A stretch of DNA of 64,000 bases, from positions 52,044 to 116,043 of the forward strand of contig MU619319.1 of the NCBI GenBank assembly GCA_025201805.1, read 5' to 3'. This DNA is from Parasitella parasitica NRRL 2501 (Eukaryota > Fungi > Mucoromycota). Shown here piece after piece: positions 1-13,151 of the stretch (position 1 is its first letter; each line of letters starts with the position of its first letter). The notes under the pieces are model-generated. The model was given only the letters and a program-made list of their open reading frames with translations. It was not told the origin of the DNA and searched no databases. Both the position numbers and the translations under genes were made by a program.

Positions 1-1246
1 TAGCAATGGCTTCTAGCAATGAAGACTCTAGACAAGTTACCAAAAGGCTAGTGTTGTATCAGGTTTCGTGTGAGGCTTTCTTGTTGCAAGAGGTATATAT
101 TTATCTACATGTGAGTTAACAACGAAAACCTCTCAAATTTGTGGTACCTTATAAAGTACTTCGTATGCGATCTCTATAACGGTTTCGCACCTTTTACTAC
201 ATGGTAAACTGTAATATTTACATATCATCACGTCTTTTTACTAACACGCTTACCCTCTCTTTAACTCATATCTCAATTCTTTCACTACAACAAAAGATTC
301 ACTCAATTTTTTTCAAAAAAATTGTATCATCTTTTCGAAAACTTATGAAATACAGTAGACTGTCTCATTGGCTTACTGGTTTCTTACGTCTTTATCCCCA
401 ATATGGTATCCTTGAATACATATTACTGGTTTTTTCCATTTATTTGGCGACCATTGAAGCTTGTGTTTGCGGCCATTGGCACTCAATTTGCAGCCTTGGC
501 CTTCCAACTTTGCATTGGTTGACACTAATTTTGTACCCTTTGAAGTAAGCATTTCAATTTTTTGTCCAATAAAATTGCACCCTTTGATAACCACAAAACA
601 TCAGTATTAAATAAACTGCCGATTGAGTAACTGTTTTACTAGCCGACCTTTCCTCCCTGCGGCCGTCATGTCTATCTTCATAAAAAGAAGTGTTCTTTAT
701 CATACTAATGAGTTACAAAAGCCTTTACATCATAGTCGACAATAACTCTCAGTAACGTCAATTTTACTTTGCCCAAAAAGACAAAATAAACTTTCGAAAA
801 CGCCAATTGGTTGCTAACAAATCGCCCATCATTTCCCAGCTGGCGCAAAATTTACCAGCTGGCGCAAAATTTACCAGCCGCACTGTAATTAAGTGGGAAT
901 CATGTAATGAAACTATTTATATTGTTGTCTCCCTGAAAGGCTTGAAAGTTGGTTATCCAATTACATCAGCTTTGATTGCCCCATGCTTTCATGAGGGTTT
1001 TTGTCAATTGCTTACAATTTGATTATAAGGAGATGCATGAATCCAGATTTATTTTGAACAGCTGGATACCATTATTCTTGATATGCAACCTTTCAGAGAT
1101 GTGCGGTAAACTTTTATTATAAGAAAATAATAGTGACAGATAGATTGAATTGTAGATTTAGGCAGTTCGTGTGAGATATGAAGGTACCTACTATGTATCT
1201 TGTAAAAAAATAATAAAAAAAGCTTTACCAAGGCAATGCCCAATAA

Positions 1247-3706
1247 CTATGTATTCTTTTTAAGCGGAGGAATCAATTCGTACCCTTGCTCTGCTTCGTT
1301 CAACACAGCGGTACTATCTCGTCTATGTGTCCATTTATAAAGCAGGTCAGATGCTTTGCTTTGTACAGCATCCAACTGGCCTGTATTACTATTCATAACA
1401 TGTCCTTTTTCTTGAGACGCAGTGTGCGGAACCTGATCAGGTAATAACCTAGGCCAGTCCACAAATTCAGCGCCATTTTGTTGGATAAATAGCCAACAAG
1501 TTAGAGTTACGGCAAATGTGAATGAAAGAGCAGTGATATGCACAGTTGATGATCGTATACTGAAAAGAGTTGGGTCAAATAGAACCATCAGGAATAGAGT
1601 GAGCGCTATGAGTAAGTACAGAGGTATAAGTTTGATGGCAATGGAGGTTGTAGATTCTCGAAAGGGACTCTGGGCATGGCTCAACGGTACTCTGTATTTT
1701 CCCAGTATCAAATCAATGCCATCTTGTCTGGATCCGTCCAAGTAATTGTTCTTTATATATCGTATCGCTGAATTATTGAAATCATTGATCATGCCGATTC
1801 TTGTACGCCGTCCTGTTCTAGTAAAATCTGTCTTGAGAGCACCGGTTCCAGAATAAGGTATGCTCAATCCATCAGCATTATCGGCCCAAACTACATTGGA
1901 TGAGTTGGCATATTCATCTTTTATGATCAAAACAACTGTGGCATACCATTTTTAAAAACCTGCATGAATTGTTCGTCGTTCTCGATAACTTCAGTCGATT
2001 GAAGGATGCCAATTTCACGTAATTGTCTGTTCAAAACCCATTTACCAAGTGTACTCTGCACTACGTTTGTTCTATCCAGACAGTCCATACAATTGGTACG
2101 TACAACGGATGTTTGTTCTTTGCGCAATACAGGTTCGGATTCATTGGAAGCATCATACACACAATATCCTTGCTTTCTTAAATCAGGTTCCAGCTGGTCT
2201 ACCAGCAATTGAACTCGATGCCATTTCATTTTCCTGCATTCATGGTGAAAGTCGAAATGAATGTATTTGATATTTGGATTGGACAATTCCCTAACGATCC
2301 CAGCAAAAAGATGGCCTACAGGATATTCGTATCCTTTAGTGTTGGTCAGGTTGACTAGAATTTGAGGTCCATAGTGTTTAATCTGCTGAGTGAAATGAGC
2401 TTTGGAGGCGCCAATTACTTTTTCGTCTGCTAAATTGGCGTTGACCCACAATTTAGGCGTATATCGAGTATTTGGTATCTGGCCCCACAAGGCAGGAACA
2501 CTTCCCCGAGTTTGGATAAACGAAGTGCGAATAAGGTTGTTTTGCACAAGTGATTTTGACGGATCGCAGAATAGTAATTGCTCTGTCTCAACGAAATTTG
2601 AAGCATATCCATATTCATCTAGTCCGCGCGAGAAATAACGGGTTCCAGCACGTTCCTGACTACGCCGACTGATTAATGCAAATGTGATGGCTCTATTGTT
2701 GATTACTGAAGGGTTGATTGAAACAACTATAAGATTGGAATCAGGTTAATAACATTCATGCGCAATTTAGTAAATTTGGTGTAACTTTACATCCTTGAAT
2801 GACAGGCAAAATAAAGCGACTAAACTGTTCATAAGCCAAACAAAGTGAGCTATCCCATACCATGTATCATTTGCAGTCAAAGCACTTACATCTTGACGTA
2901 TCCTTGAATTAGTAGTAGCAGAGATCAGTTTTTCACTTAGGTATCTATTCCAAAAGAATCTTGGATCTGCCTACATTTCGTATAATTAATTAGATAGCTG
3001 ATGGAAGACTGGCGGTTGAAGCTAAAAAACATACATCACTCCAGCTATTGTCCCGTCCTCTATTTGCTAAATACGCTTGTTTCTGAATCGATAAAGTGAT
3101 GTTGTAATTATAAGAAAAGTAAAAACCGTTGAATCTCAAGTGGTTTTCTATTAACTGCACATATTTTTGCTCGTCGTCCAACTGCTGGCTTGAAAGGATG
3201 TTTGTGTTACGAGCAATGGGCAGTATCTGAAAAGTTGTAGCGCGTAATACATCACAGCCTTGCACGAGCGTTCCTAACCTTTGACAGCCGGTGATGACAA
3301 GCATATATTCGCCTTGTTTTTATAGTTAATGATATCACTGTCTATAATATCATTCTTTAATTGTCCCTACCTGCTTGAAGTTGAATAAAGCCCAATATGC
3401 CATACACCATCAATTCACTTTCCACAACTGCATTTTGTATTGGAGGAGCTGTCGAGTGCAAATGTTAGCAAAAGAGCAACGTGAAAACCCCTAATACTTG
3501 TTACCATTTAATTGAGGCTCGCCAGAGTTTCTATATATTGTCAAAGTCTCGATGTAGTCCAAGACAGGCCCTTCTTTTGCTGGCTCTATTAACGGTGTAA
3601 AATGATAGGCTTCGTTTGTTATACGACTATCGAGTAGTGTTAGGGTTTATTCAGACCATAAGAAAAAAAAATTGTACGCTTACAGTTCTAATTGTTCGTA
3701 TATCAT
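1247..3706 (-). CDS. SAC1: Sac1 phosphatidylinositol-4-phosphate phosphatase (multi-exon)
   Basis: SAC-domain motifs RRSQERAGTRYFSRG, FIQTRGSVP and catalytic CX5RT (RTNCMDCLDRTNV); WADNAD...YSGTGALKTDFTRTG; two C-terminal TM helices and a C-terminal KKNT dilysine motif. ATG at 3706 (MIYEQLE) is followed by a GTAAGC donor. Confidence 0.93.
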
Positions 3707-3815
3707 TTTTATTATTTTTATTATTATTATTGTGTAGCAGAATAAAAACGAAAGGAAGAGAGTCTAAAGATGAAAGATAAACTCAATGTGCAATGGAGCC
3801 CCAGAGATTTGAAAC

Positions 3816-6800
3816 TCACTCGTTGGTGTTATTGTTAGTTGTGGGTTGCTGTGTCGGGTATTTGCCATATCTAAGATACATGTCGTAGCCTTCATATCTT
3901 CTTTTCATGTTCCCGCTCCACTCCCGACTCACTTGTACTGAAGCTGCTCTTCGAGGGATATCAACATATGTGTTGTATACCTGCTGGTCTATGCTGGTTG
4001 TTTTGATCGCTGCTGGATACTCTTCCAATGCATTCTTATGGATATAGTTTTGATACTGCTGAAACTCAGGGAAATTCTCGATAGCTGTATAGTTGGCTTT
4101 ATCTCCATGTGCTGCTGATAGCTTCTCAATCGACTTGAATTGCTGAGTATATCTAATCGTATATAGTCAGCAAATATAGTGAGAAACTCATTGCAATCAG
4201 CATAAATACCTTTTATATTCCTTGAGCTCAGAATTAGTGATTGTTGGCTCCAAGTTCCGTTGAGTCATCCCTTTAATTGTCCATGATGGTGCCTTTTCGT
4301 TATCGTCAGATGTGGCTTCATCTTGAGGCTCATTGTTTTCTTTAAACGGTATGGCATGTGCTTGGGAAGAATTCTTTATTGCTCTAACAGTAAATGGGCT
4401 CATGTCCAAAGCTTCTGCTTTAGTTAGCCTTGAAACCCCTTTCGTTAGATTCGCATTTAAATGGTATGATCCTCACTTACTCTCGCATCTCCTTTGAATG
4501 AGCAGATATCTTGAGTGGCCTGTATTTTAATGTACCATTCATATTGAATGTAAATAGGCTCTCAAGGCTAGTTAATTCCTTGTGATTGTAGTATTCAACC
4601 CAATAGCCTTGATACAAATCACTGGCGTCAGGGTTAACAGCAGGAACTTGAAATCGTTTGGGTATCTTGAACAAAGATTCATCTTGTTCGTACATTTTGG
4701 TCTCCAGCGCCTCTTTTTTATACCAGTGGCGGTAACTAGTATAGGTTAGAATATATATATATATATATTACATATGCCTAGTTTTGCTGCATGCTTACTC
4801 TCGACGTATTGCCTTTTCCAGAGGGTGCTGGTTGTGTAAATGATAATCAGAGCTTAATTCCCAAAGCATCGGTTGACCATCCTGCGTAACGAAATTGCCC
4901 AGGAACAGGTTGATAGCGTCTTGTTTATCAGCGTCTGAGAATGCATTTGCATAAAACCGGCGGATAGACTCAATCATATCTCGAGGATGGCTAGTCCATT
5001 GATTGATTTTTCTGTAAGTCTCCATTGTGTTCACAAGGTGCGAGCCGCCATACTGCAACGCAATTGTATCGCCATGATCGTGATACATCTCTGTAAAGAT
5101 ATTGACAGCATCTGAATCAAAATCAATTTTGGGAGATGCAATGACTCCCAATACATAAAGTTGGTGGCCCAACGCGCATTTACCCATTAAAAATTGAGCA
5201 GCATTCGTACGATCAAGGCAATCAATACAGTTCGTTCGTAGCACACCGTGCTGCCTAGATTGTTTTGACCTTTAGGGGAAAATTCTTTTAGTGCTTGAAA
5301 TATCTCTATAAAAACAAGGGGAGATATCATGACGTACTCTTGAGTATCTGATCCAATACCACTTTGGAAAAAGCCTGTAGTTTCCATTGTATCATCAGCA
5401 ATCTTTTCTAGAAATCCAATTACGTCCTGATCATGGCTGGAGCATAAGTTAGTATTTACACACACATATATATATAAATATAACATATATGCTTAAAATC
5501 CTACCTTTTAGATGCCCGCGACATATCCCAAGCAATGTATTTGATCTGTTTATCGTCTGGTAAGAACTGGTTGAGGTAAGATATCGCCTCCGAAAACTCT
5601 TTCCCCAATATAGATTCTCGCTTGGTCTTTTCTTTTTGCTTAATCAGATTCAGAACGATACAAGGTGTGCCGTATCGCTTGAACAGATTTTCGAAATGAA
5701 GGGCTGCTGCTGAAAAGAACGGATCTACCACATTTACTAGAGAGTGGTAGTCAGTAAGCCATTATAGCAGTGAATATGGTAAAATCTCTTACATTCTATA
5801 GGAGGCTTAGGAGACATGTTTGTTGTGTCCTGGGACCAAATCAATGGGATTGAGCCTCTATGCTGTACATAGGATGTGTATCGAGGATTTCCGTACAAGT
5901 GATCGGTGGAATGGAAGGAAGTTGTGGCCATGTCTGTCACTATTTGCTCCGTCTCTACATCGTTGGCGACATATCCCTACTTGTAACATTAGCGATATGA
6001 TGTATACAAATGGCTTTTGACATTACCTTGTCGTTTACACCACGTTTAAGAAATCGAGCACCTGCAAAGTGTCGTGATCTCCTTGCAATCAATGTTACTA
6101 CGATGCTTTTACCAAATACCGAAATTTCTAGCGAAAGGTTACTACCCATATTACCGGGATCCTTTTTTAAAATAGTCTTACTTGCCTGATCTACAAATCC
6201 GTAGATCAACGGTAAAATCCAGCCTGACCTACTATTCAAATTCTTGAAGCCTGAGCTCAGGAGGTAATGATTCCAAACAAACATTTCATTATGCAGCAAG
6301 CCGGTATCTGATTTACTTTTTGCCTCTTCTGTAGTCGATGTTGGCTTCGCCAATGGAGGCTGCGTTAAGTTATTTTGAAGCGAGTTGGTAATATCGTAGG
6401 TGTAAGAAAAGTAAAAGTTCTTTGCTAGGTCTATATTTTGAAATGTATTCACATATCGGGCTTCATCCGAATTCTTGTCAATTTTTGCGCCTACGCTTAT
6501 GGGTACCAGACGAGTTTCATCGATATGATAAATGTAATGACCACCCAGTAGTGCTACTTGTCTGCGTTTGGTTATGAATATCATATACCAGCCTTGCGTG
6601 AACCTAACAAAACCTACAATGCCATAAATTCGCATGGGCGACAGCTGCAATCCACCGACACTTAAATTGCCATCTTCAATCATCTTTAAAAGTCGAGATT
6701 TCTCATGTTCCGAGTATAATACATCGTCCTCAATCACAACAAGCTCTTTCGGATTAGTTCGGTGTATCTGAAGTACCCGATATTTCTGTCTTGCTTGGTT

Positions 6801-7135
6801 TGTTCCAATTAGATAATATCTCTATGAAATTATACTTATGATACAATGGCTTTGTCAATCGTGAATAAATTGCTTACTGTTTTCGTTTCGTAAAGTTGAA
6901 ATTGACTCATCGTAAAGCGAGGATGGGCCCAGTTTAAAATTTCTTTTTTGTTTGCTACTGGTAGTGTTTTTACTGTTGTAGCTTGCGAATCGCCCACGGC
7001 ACAGTGGTGGATATTAGAATTGTTGGTATTCTGTTCATTTTCGTCTTTTTTTGTGTGGTGTTCTAGTTGACAATTTAGGTATTGATCATTCAAGTATTCT
7101 TGACTATCACTAAAGATTTGAGCCTCTTGATTCAT
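3816..7135 (-). CDS. FIG4: Fig4/Sac3 PI(3,5)P2 5-phosphatase (multi-exon)
   Basis: LYETKT..YLIG N-terminus, [64 protein letters not shown]; no TM segments. The start could instead be 7150. Confidence 0.92.
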
Positions 7136-7469
7136 CGTAAAATATGACATGAAAGAAAGAGAAGGACGAAAGACGAAATACAAACGCACAACACGCATTC
7201 ACCTTGATTTTATTTTTGTAGCGACACCACCACTGCAAGATTTTCGAGTCCCACTGCCAAAAGAGTGTTAGATGTCGAATACTTGAGCTAATACTTGATC
7301 ATATGTTATAGTTATGACCTTAACTTGATTTAGCATGTGGCAATAGATTTTATTCAAAGTATCGAAGATTAAAACGGAAGCATTTTTTTTAAAGAAAACA
7401 GAAGATGCAAACATCCTAACACTTCAAAATGAAATAGTAGTTTATTCTTTAGTATTTGTGTCGTAGAAT

Positions 7470-8604
7470 CTACTTTGATTCCTCAGCATCTTCAGGCTTG
7501 TCTTCAGTATTACGAGAATCTGTGTATGAAGTAATTTATTAATTTACCAACGTTGATAACATTTATAATCAAATAAATCACTTACCATCCTGCAAGTCGG
7601 AAGTCCACAAAGTCAAGTTATCTCTTAACAGTTGCATGATAAGAGTAGAGTCCTTGTAGGATTCTTCAGAGAGGGTATCAAGTTCAGCAATAGCATCATC
7701 GAAAGCTTGCTTGGCGAGATGACAGGCACGGTCGGGAGAGTTGAGAATCTCGTAGTAAAAGACGGAAAAGTTGAGGGCAAGGCCGAGACGGATAGGATGC
7801 GTAGGAGCTAGCTCAGTTTGAGCAATTTCGGTAGCCTTTTTGTAAGAGTCATGAGCATCAGTAGCGGTTGTCTTACGCTCATCGCCAGTAAGGAACTCAG
7901 CAAGATAGCGATAGTAATCACCTTGCATCTTAAAATAAAAGACTTTGGATTCACCACCTTCGGAATTAGGGATCAAGTCGTCATTCAAAACACTCAAAAT
8001 GTCTTTACAGACATCTTGAAGTTCGCTCTCGATCTTTTGGCGGTAGGCCTTAATCTTTTCAACTTGATTAGAATTACCCTTACTCTCTTCCTTTTGCTCA
8101 ATAGAAGATACAATTCTCCAAGAAGCACGACGGGCACCAATCACGTTCTTGTAGGCGACAGACAAGAGATTACGTTCTTCAACAGTTAACTCGATTTGCA
8201 TCTTCATTGCAAAATATTGATTTAATACATGTTCATCGAGATTCTGTTTTGCTCTTTGTTTACCTTGGCAACATCCTTGGTGAATTGAACCATTTCTGTT
8301 TTAAAGACCACATTTGTTTCAGTAAACTCACGCTTCCAAACCAAAAACCAAGCACTTACCATCGTAGCGTTCAGCTTGCTCGGCAAGTTTAGCCATATAG
8401 ACATTATTTTCGCGTTCCTTTGATCATGCAAAGAATCGCGTTAATAAAATTCAATCATAATGTAACATGTTTTCATGAGACATGAGAAGGAGCTGGGAAA
8501 AAATCCCTGAAGCACGACTTTGTATGAACTATTACAATGTTCACACAAAAAATATTGCCAAAACTTCTTGAAAACACGCAAATGTGTATACTTACAGTAG
8601 TCAT
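7470..8604 (-). CDS. 14-3-3 protein (5 exons)
   Basis: Reconstructed MTT|[19 protein letters not shown]|[11 protein letters not shown]|[19 protein letters not shown]...[15 protein letters not shown]...[12 protein letters not shown]|[15 protein letters not shown]. Confidence 0.96.
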
Positions 8605-8962
8605 AGTGCTTGGAAAGATTATTTATGATATGAAAAAAGAAAATATGTTCTGGTTACTAAAAAAAATTCTTTTTGTACGAAGCGACCAAAGAGACAACCA
8701 AATTAAAAGACGTCATAGGGAATCAAGCAAATCGGTAAAACTTTTCGTTTTCAAAGTTATGAAGTTTCTTGGTCTTAATATATACTAAAAGGCACTGTAG
8801 ATTTTAAGTGATAAAACTCTAAAAGAATTAGAAGATATCTGTAGGAGAAAGTAAACTGTTTTTAGCATATGATTTCATGGCTTTTTTGATCTGTCAACAG
8901 TCTTTTCATGATATTTTGGAGGAGAAACTTTGACGCTGTTGAATGCGATAAATTTGACATTG

Positions 8963-9800
8963 TTAAACAGATTTCTCTTGTAAGCAATCATCAAATGCAT
9001 CGATAGAATATTTGAAAACTCCTGATAGATCGCTGAGATGGACTTGATTGCAAACCTGGGCGATTTTCGTTGATGAGAGTTTCATCTTCCAAGAGCTTTT
9101 CACTTTTTTACTTGCTTTTGCTAAACGGATCAGAATTGCTCGATGAGATACTGGTGAGTGGGGAGGAAGATAGACACATCAACATCCACCGCTTTTAACG
9201 AAGCTGTCGATATCTTCTTTCGTATTAGTAGGGGAGTGGTCCATGATCAAGTACTCGTACTTGGAAAACATGTGGAACTTTGTTCATCGTATCCATTGTC
9301 TCACTCGAAAGAAATCAGAATGATGACCAGTAACAGTGCTTTTGATTTGCTTCTGGGAAAGCCCATTAGACCCAGCAGAGTATCTCTTCCTTAAAGCAAG
9401 CAACACCCGAGGTTGTTTTATTTTCGAGTTAACAACGCCTTGAGCGAATGTTGCTCCTACGATGGTTGTTATTTTCGGCCTCGTTCTTGATACTTTCACC
9501 AACTTCTAGCTCCAATTTTTGCTTAAGCAAAAGTTTGCTTCTTGTAAATGTTGAAGGCTGCCTCATTTTCGCAGACGCAGTTGTTTATGTAGCCTATATC
9601 TGTGTTAGTCCATTTTCGACGCACTCCTTCTGATGCTTGATTTTTTCAAGACTACTATGGTCAACTGTATGAAAATGTGCTGACTATAGACCTATTCGTA
9701 CAGCAAGCTTTTTTCAAACATGCAACAATATCAAGTACTTTTATTAACGTAATACTTGGCAACAGCTGGAAATGGATCTCCGCAAAATTGCAGAGCTTAC
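8963..9800 (-). mobile_element. Degenerate Tc1/IS630-family (DDE_3) transposase relic
   Basis: Across frameshifts and stops: SLEKI..KWTNTDIGYINNCVCENEAAFNI (cf. NCVFLDESAF), TTIVGAT, STVTGHHSDF, YLIMDHSP (cf. YLVMDNAP), CVYLPPHSP..IEQF (cf. YLPPYSPELNPIEQFW), KIAQVCNQVHLSDLSG. Confidence 0.85.
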
Positions 9801-9874
9801 AATATGTTGTAGATATAAAAGTTCAAGATCAAATACATCTATATATACATTTCACCTAAGTCATCTTTTGTTAT

Positions 9875-10965
9875 AATTGATTTATCAGAATGAGAAATTA
9901 TTAAAGTAAAACGGTTGTGAATTAATCAGGTAAAGATCTGTTATAGATCAGTATAAACTGATCATTACATAAAAAGAATCTCCGTAAATAGTATGAATAT
10001 GAACTTCAAATTACCCCAGAATAGTAATATTTGAAAGGTTGCTATAAGTAGATTGATAAATAAAATGGATTGTTCTTTATTGATATGAAATGATGAGGTA
10101 TTTATACTATTTGATATTGATACGGATTTGATAATATATATAATCTCGGGCATGAACACACAATAGTTTACGGACATGGAATATATATCTGGCAACTGTC
10201 AATGCATGCTGCCATCGTCAGTTGACATATATCACAGAATATTCCACAAAGATCACAATCATCAAGACCAGGCTAGTATGGATTAAGAAGACGTAATCCA
10301 ATATTAAGAATAATAAATAGAAACAACTCCAACACTCGTCAAATCCGCCATTGGTTATCTCTTTATCAATCCTTGCTGCCAAGACGTCCTGGATGAATAA
10401 TCCAATATAATTTAGGTTCATATCCATAATCATTTACCCTTGGAAAACTAGTATAAAAAGATAGTTTTTAATTGACATTTTGATGAGCTTCATCTAAAAA
10501 ATAAATAACAGTTTTAAAAAAGTATTTTTATATATTTTTTACTAGTAATTTCACAATATCCTCTGCGCATAACAAAATTTGTGATATCATATGATAACTT
10601 TATAGATATCAATGAAAACATGGATGTCCATGTTGTTGCCAAATAGCGCCAAGTCAATGCTAAGTTTTCCAAGTTAGAACTCGGTTCTACTGTCGTTTTA
10701 GCACAAGTTATGAGCAAATATTCAATATTTATGATAAATATTGAAAAATAAAACTGGTTTTGCAGATAACTTTTGATAGAAAGGTCGCACAGTAGAAAGC
10801 AAGTTATGCTCATATAGCGATAATCATGCCTGTACTTATGGCGCATAAGACACTGTTTATTTTGAAGAAGCGTATTAGTAATTATGGTTCTGCAGATGAA
10901 TTTCTAAATTCAGATATGTTGGCCAGATGGCGCCAGGTCAAGACTCTAATGTTTTCCAACCTATA
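9875..10965. repeat. Degenerate dispersed repeat, copy 1 (homologous to 41820-42480)
   Basis: Shared blocks: gatttatcagaa..gaattaatcaggtaaagatc; caatcatcaagac..ctagta.ggatt..tataatttaggt; gataacttttgataga..gctca.atagcgat.atcatgcctg; tgataactt.atag.tatcaa..aaacatggat. Confidence 0.75.
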
Positions 10966-11653
10966 TTGTGGTTTTGCAGTTTTTTTTAACAAAATCAGGA
11001 GAAGCGCAAATTAATTCTATGAGTATTATTTAATTGTGTTTGTGTCTTTAATATATGAAAAAATTAGAGAAAACTCCAGTTTTCATGTTTAAAAAATGTA
11101 TAATGGGTGTAGCCGTTTGAAAGGCAGTTTGATTGGCTAGATTGCTTATTTCAAGAGTCTCTAATTCGAAGCAACGCAAGGAATGGATGGTATTCTTACA
11201 TGCTAAGGTATTACTATGATGACATTAATAAGATGGGACAATTAATAGTTATTATAGAAAGGTTTCTTATATAAATTAATAGAAGAAAAATAAAAGTAGT
11301 ATTTGCATCATATTATTATGTAGATCATCATAGATCATAAGAGAGACAAACGCATCATATAAAGAGTTTACACGGACAGAGCACAGTGGCTTTTTTTTTC
11401 CGGAACTTATTACATAATCATACCATTGTATACGCTTGTTCAAAATGAGCCAAAAGAATGCCTCGCTGGCTTGTTCCTTGTTCAACATTCTATTCAAATT
11501 CACGGGAAAAAACATTTCTTATTGAAATCCTTTAGAAAATTAAGAAGTGTATAAATGTAGTTACTACAGTCTTATTCCTGCAAACCAGCTCCACATGAAG
11601 AGTTGTATTTAATATCTAATATTTAGATGCGATGTTGTATATTTTGAAAATGT

Positions 11654-12487
11654 TTATGTGCGATTGTTTGCTGCTTGCTCACGCACTCTTTTTTCGTATT
11701 CCGCTTTGTCTTTTCTACAACAGAGAATTTGATAAATAATCCACATCTCCATTTGAGCAATGTAAAACTTACTTGAATAACACATAGGCATCTTGTTGAG
11801 CAGGACTATCGGGATTAGGGTCATTTAATAAATCTTGTACACCCAATAGGATCTACAGAGTGCTAATAAGAATCTGTATTATATTATCTTGTATCGTTTT
11901 TCGTACCTGTTTGACTGTAATTGCTGGTTTCCAACCCTCATCTTCATTCAAAATAGATAGACAAACAGTGCCGGAGGGATAAACATTTGGATGGAACAAT
12001 GGAGGGACAAATTTACCTACGTATAAAGCGTCAATTTAAGAACGCAGTTGCTGTTTCAGCTTTACCTACACTTTGGAGGTTTACTGGGATAATCTGTTGA
12101 GAAAAAAAAAGACAAAATCAAAGATAAATATCCATTCATGCGCATAATAATATCAATGTATTTACCTTCAGGGAAGATCATATTTAGCTTATACACTGCT
12201 TTTTCCCAAGGAGTCTACAAACTTTTCATAAGTTTGGAATTTACAGTGGTGTATATCTATACCTACATCGTCTTTTCCAGGAATACCGCAAACCCAATTC
12301 ATCAAGTCTAAAGATTTATCTGCCTTTTTTTCAGGTCTCGCCCAAAAACCCTATTATTAAACATTTAGCATTGACAGCCTGAGATGATTTATCAAAAAAA
12401 AAAATATGTTTAATTTACATGAGGATGGTCTTTACGCCATTGCTTGCGTTCTTCCATCAAACGACTACGAGAAATTCCAGAACTCAT
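11654..12487 (-). CDS. UBC9: SUMO-conjugating E2 enzyme Ubc9 (7 exons)
   Basis: [23 protein letters not shown]|[18 protein letters not shown]|TPWE..|DYPSKPPK|[37 protein letters not shown]|[19 protein letters not shown]|[19 protein letters not shown]. Confidence 0.96.
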
Positions 12488-12629
12488 TTTTTGGCAGGCC
12501 AAATTTATATGTAAAAAAAAAAAATAAAGTGAAAAATATTTTTTATTTGGTTTTTGGTCTTTATAAGCAAAAGTTGGTTCCTCAATCCTTGATTTACCCA
12601 CGTCACAACGTAATTGGTAGTGGTAATCA

Positions 12630-13151
12630 TCAAATCACTGCTACTTGATCTTCTTGCTCTTGCTCCTTTACAGTTTGGCGATGACTAAACAAAATGAATA
12701 ATTGATTTGCAATTGCTATGTATATTACTTACTAAAAAATACGAGCGACTTGTGCCATTCCAGTCAAAAAAACGCTGAAATTAACTGCTGCAACCATATA
12801 GTTTTTGGGTATAATTACAAAGCCATATCTTGTCCAAATGAGGCCAGTTACCCCCAAGGCTTATGTGTGCATGTTTTCTATTGATTAGTAAAAACATACT
12901 TCTTACTACTATTTTTGTTTACATACAAAGATTTTGTGACAAACTTAGTTGATCTGCTGGTTTTTGAAGATCACCCAAACCAGCAATGACAAGCCCCTAC
13001 ACAAGCCAGCCAATTTATATGTAGTTGTGTGTATGTAATAACATTAATCATTTACCCATTTCATAGTGGGAGCCCAAAAATGTATAGTTTTTGGCCCTGC
13101 TGGTGAATTTAAAAACCTCGAAAACAATGATGGAGATGCTACAGAAGACAT
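12630..13151 (-). CDS. MPC2: Mitochondrial pyruvate carrier subunit 2 (4 exons, not in ORF track)
   Basis: Spliced by hand: MSSVASPSLFSRFLNSPAGPKTIHFWAPTMKW|GLVIAGLGDLQKPADQLSLSQNL|SLGVTGLIWTRYGFVIIPKNYMVAAVNF...ARIFY|HRQTVKEQEQEDQVAVI*. GPKTIHFWAP and IWTRY..VIIPKN are MPC2/3 signatures. Confidence 0.93.

Noticed and set aside
838-880. 20-bp tandem duplication cagctggcgcaaaatttac
   Set aside because: Only two copies with no spacers; not CRISPR-like and no function inferable.
1049-1243. ISHELPKSTIQSI, resembling a Tc1 HTH
   Set aside because: Too short, with no supporting catalytic motifs.
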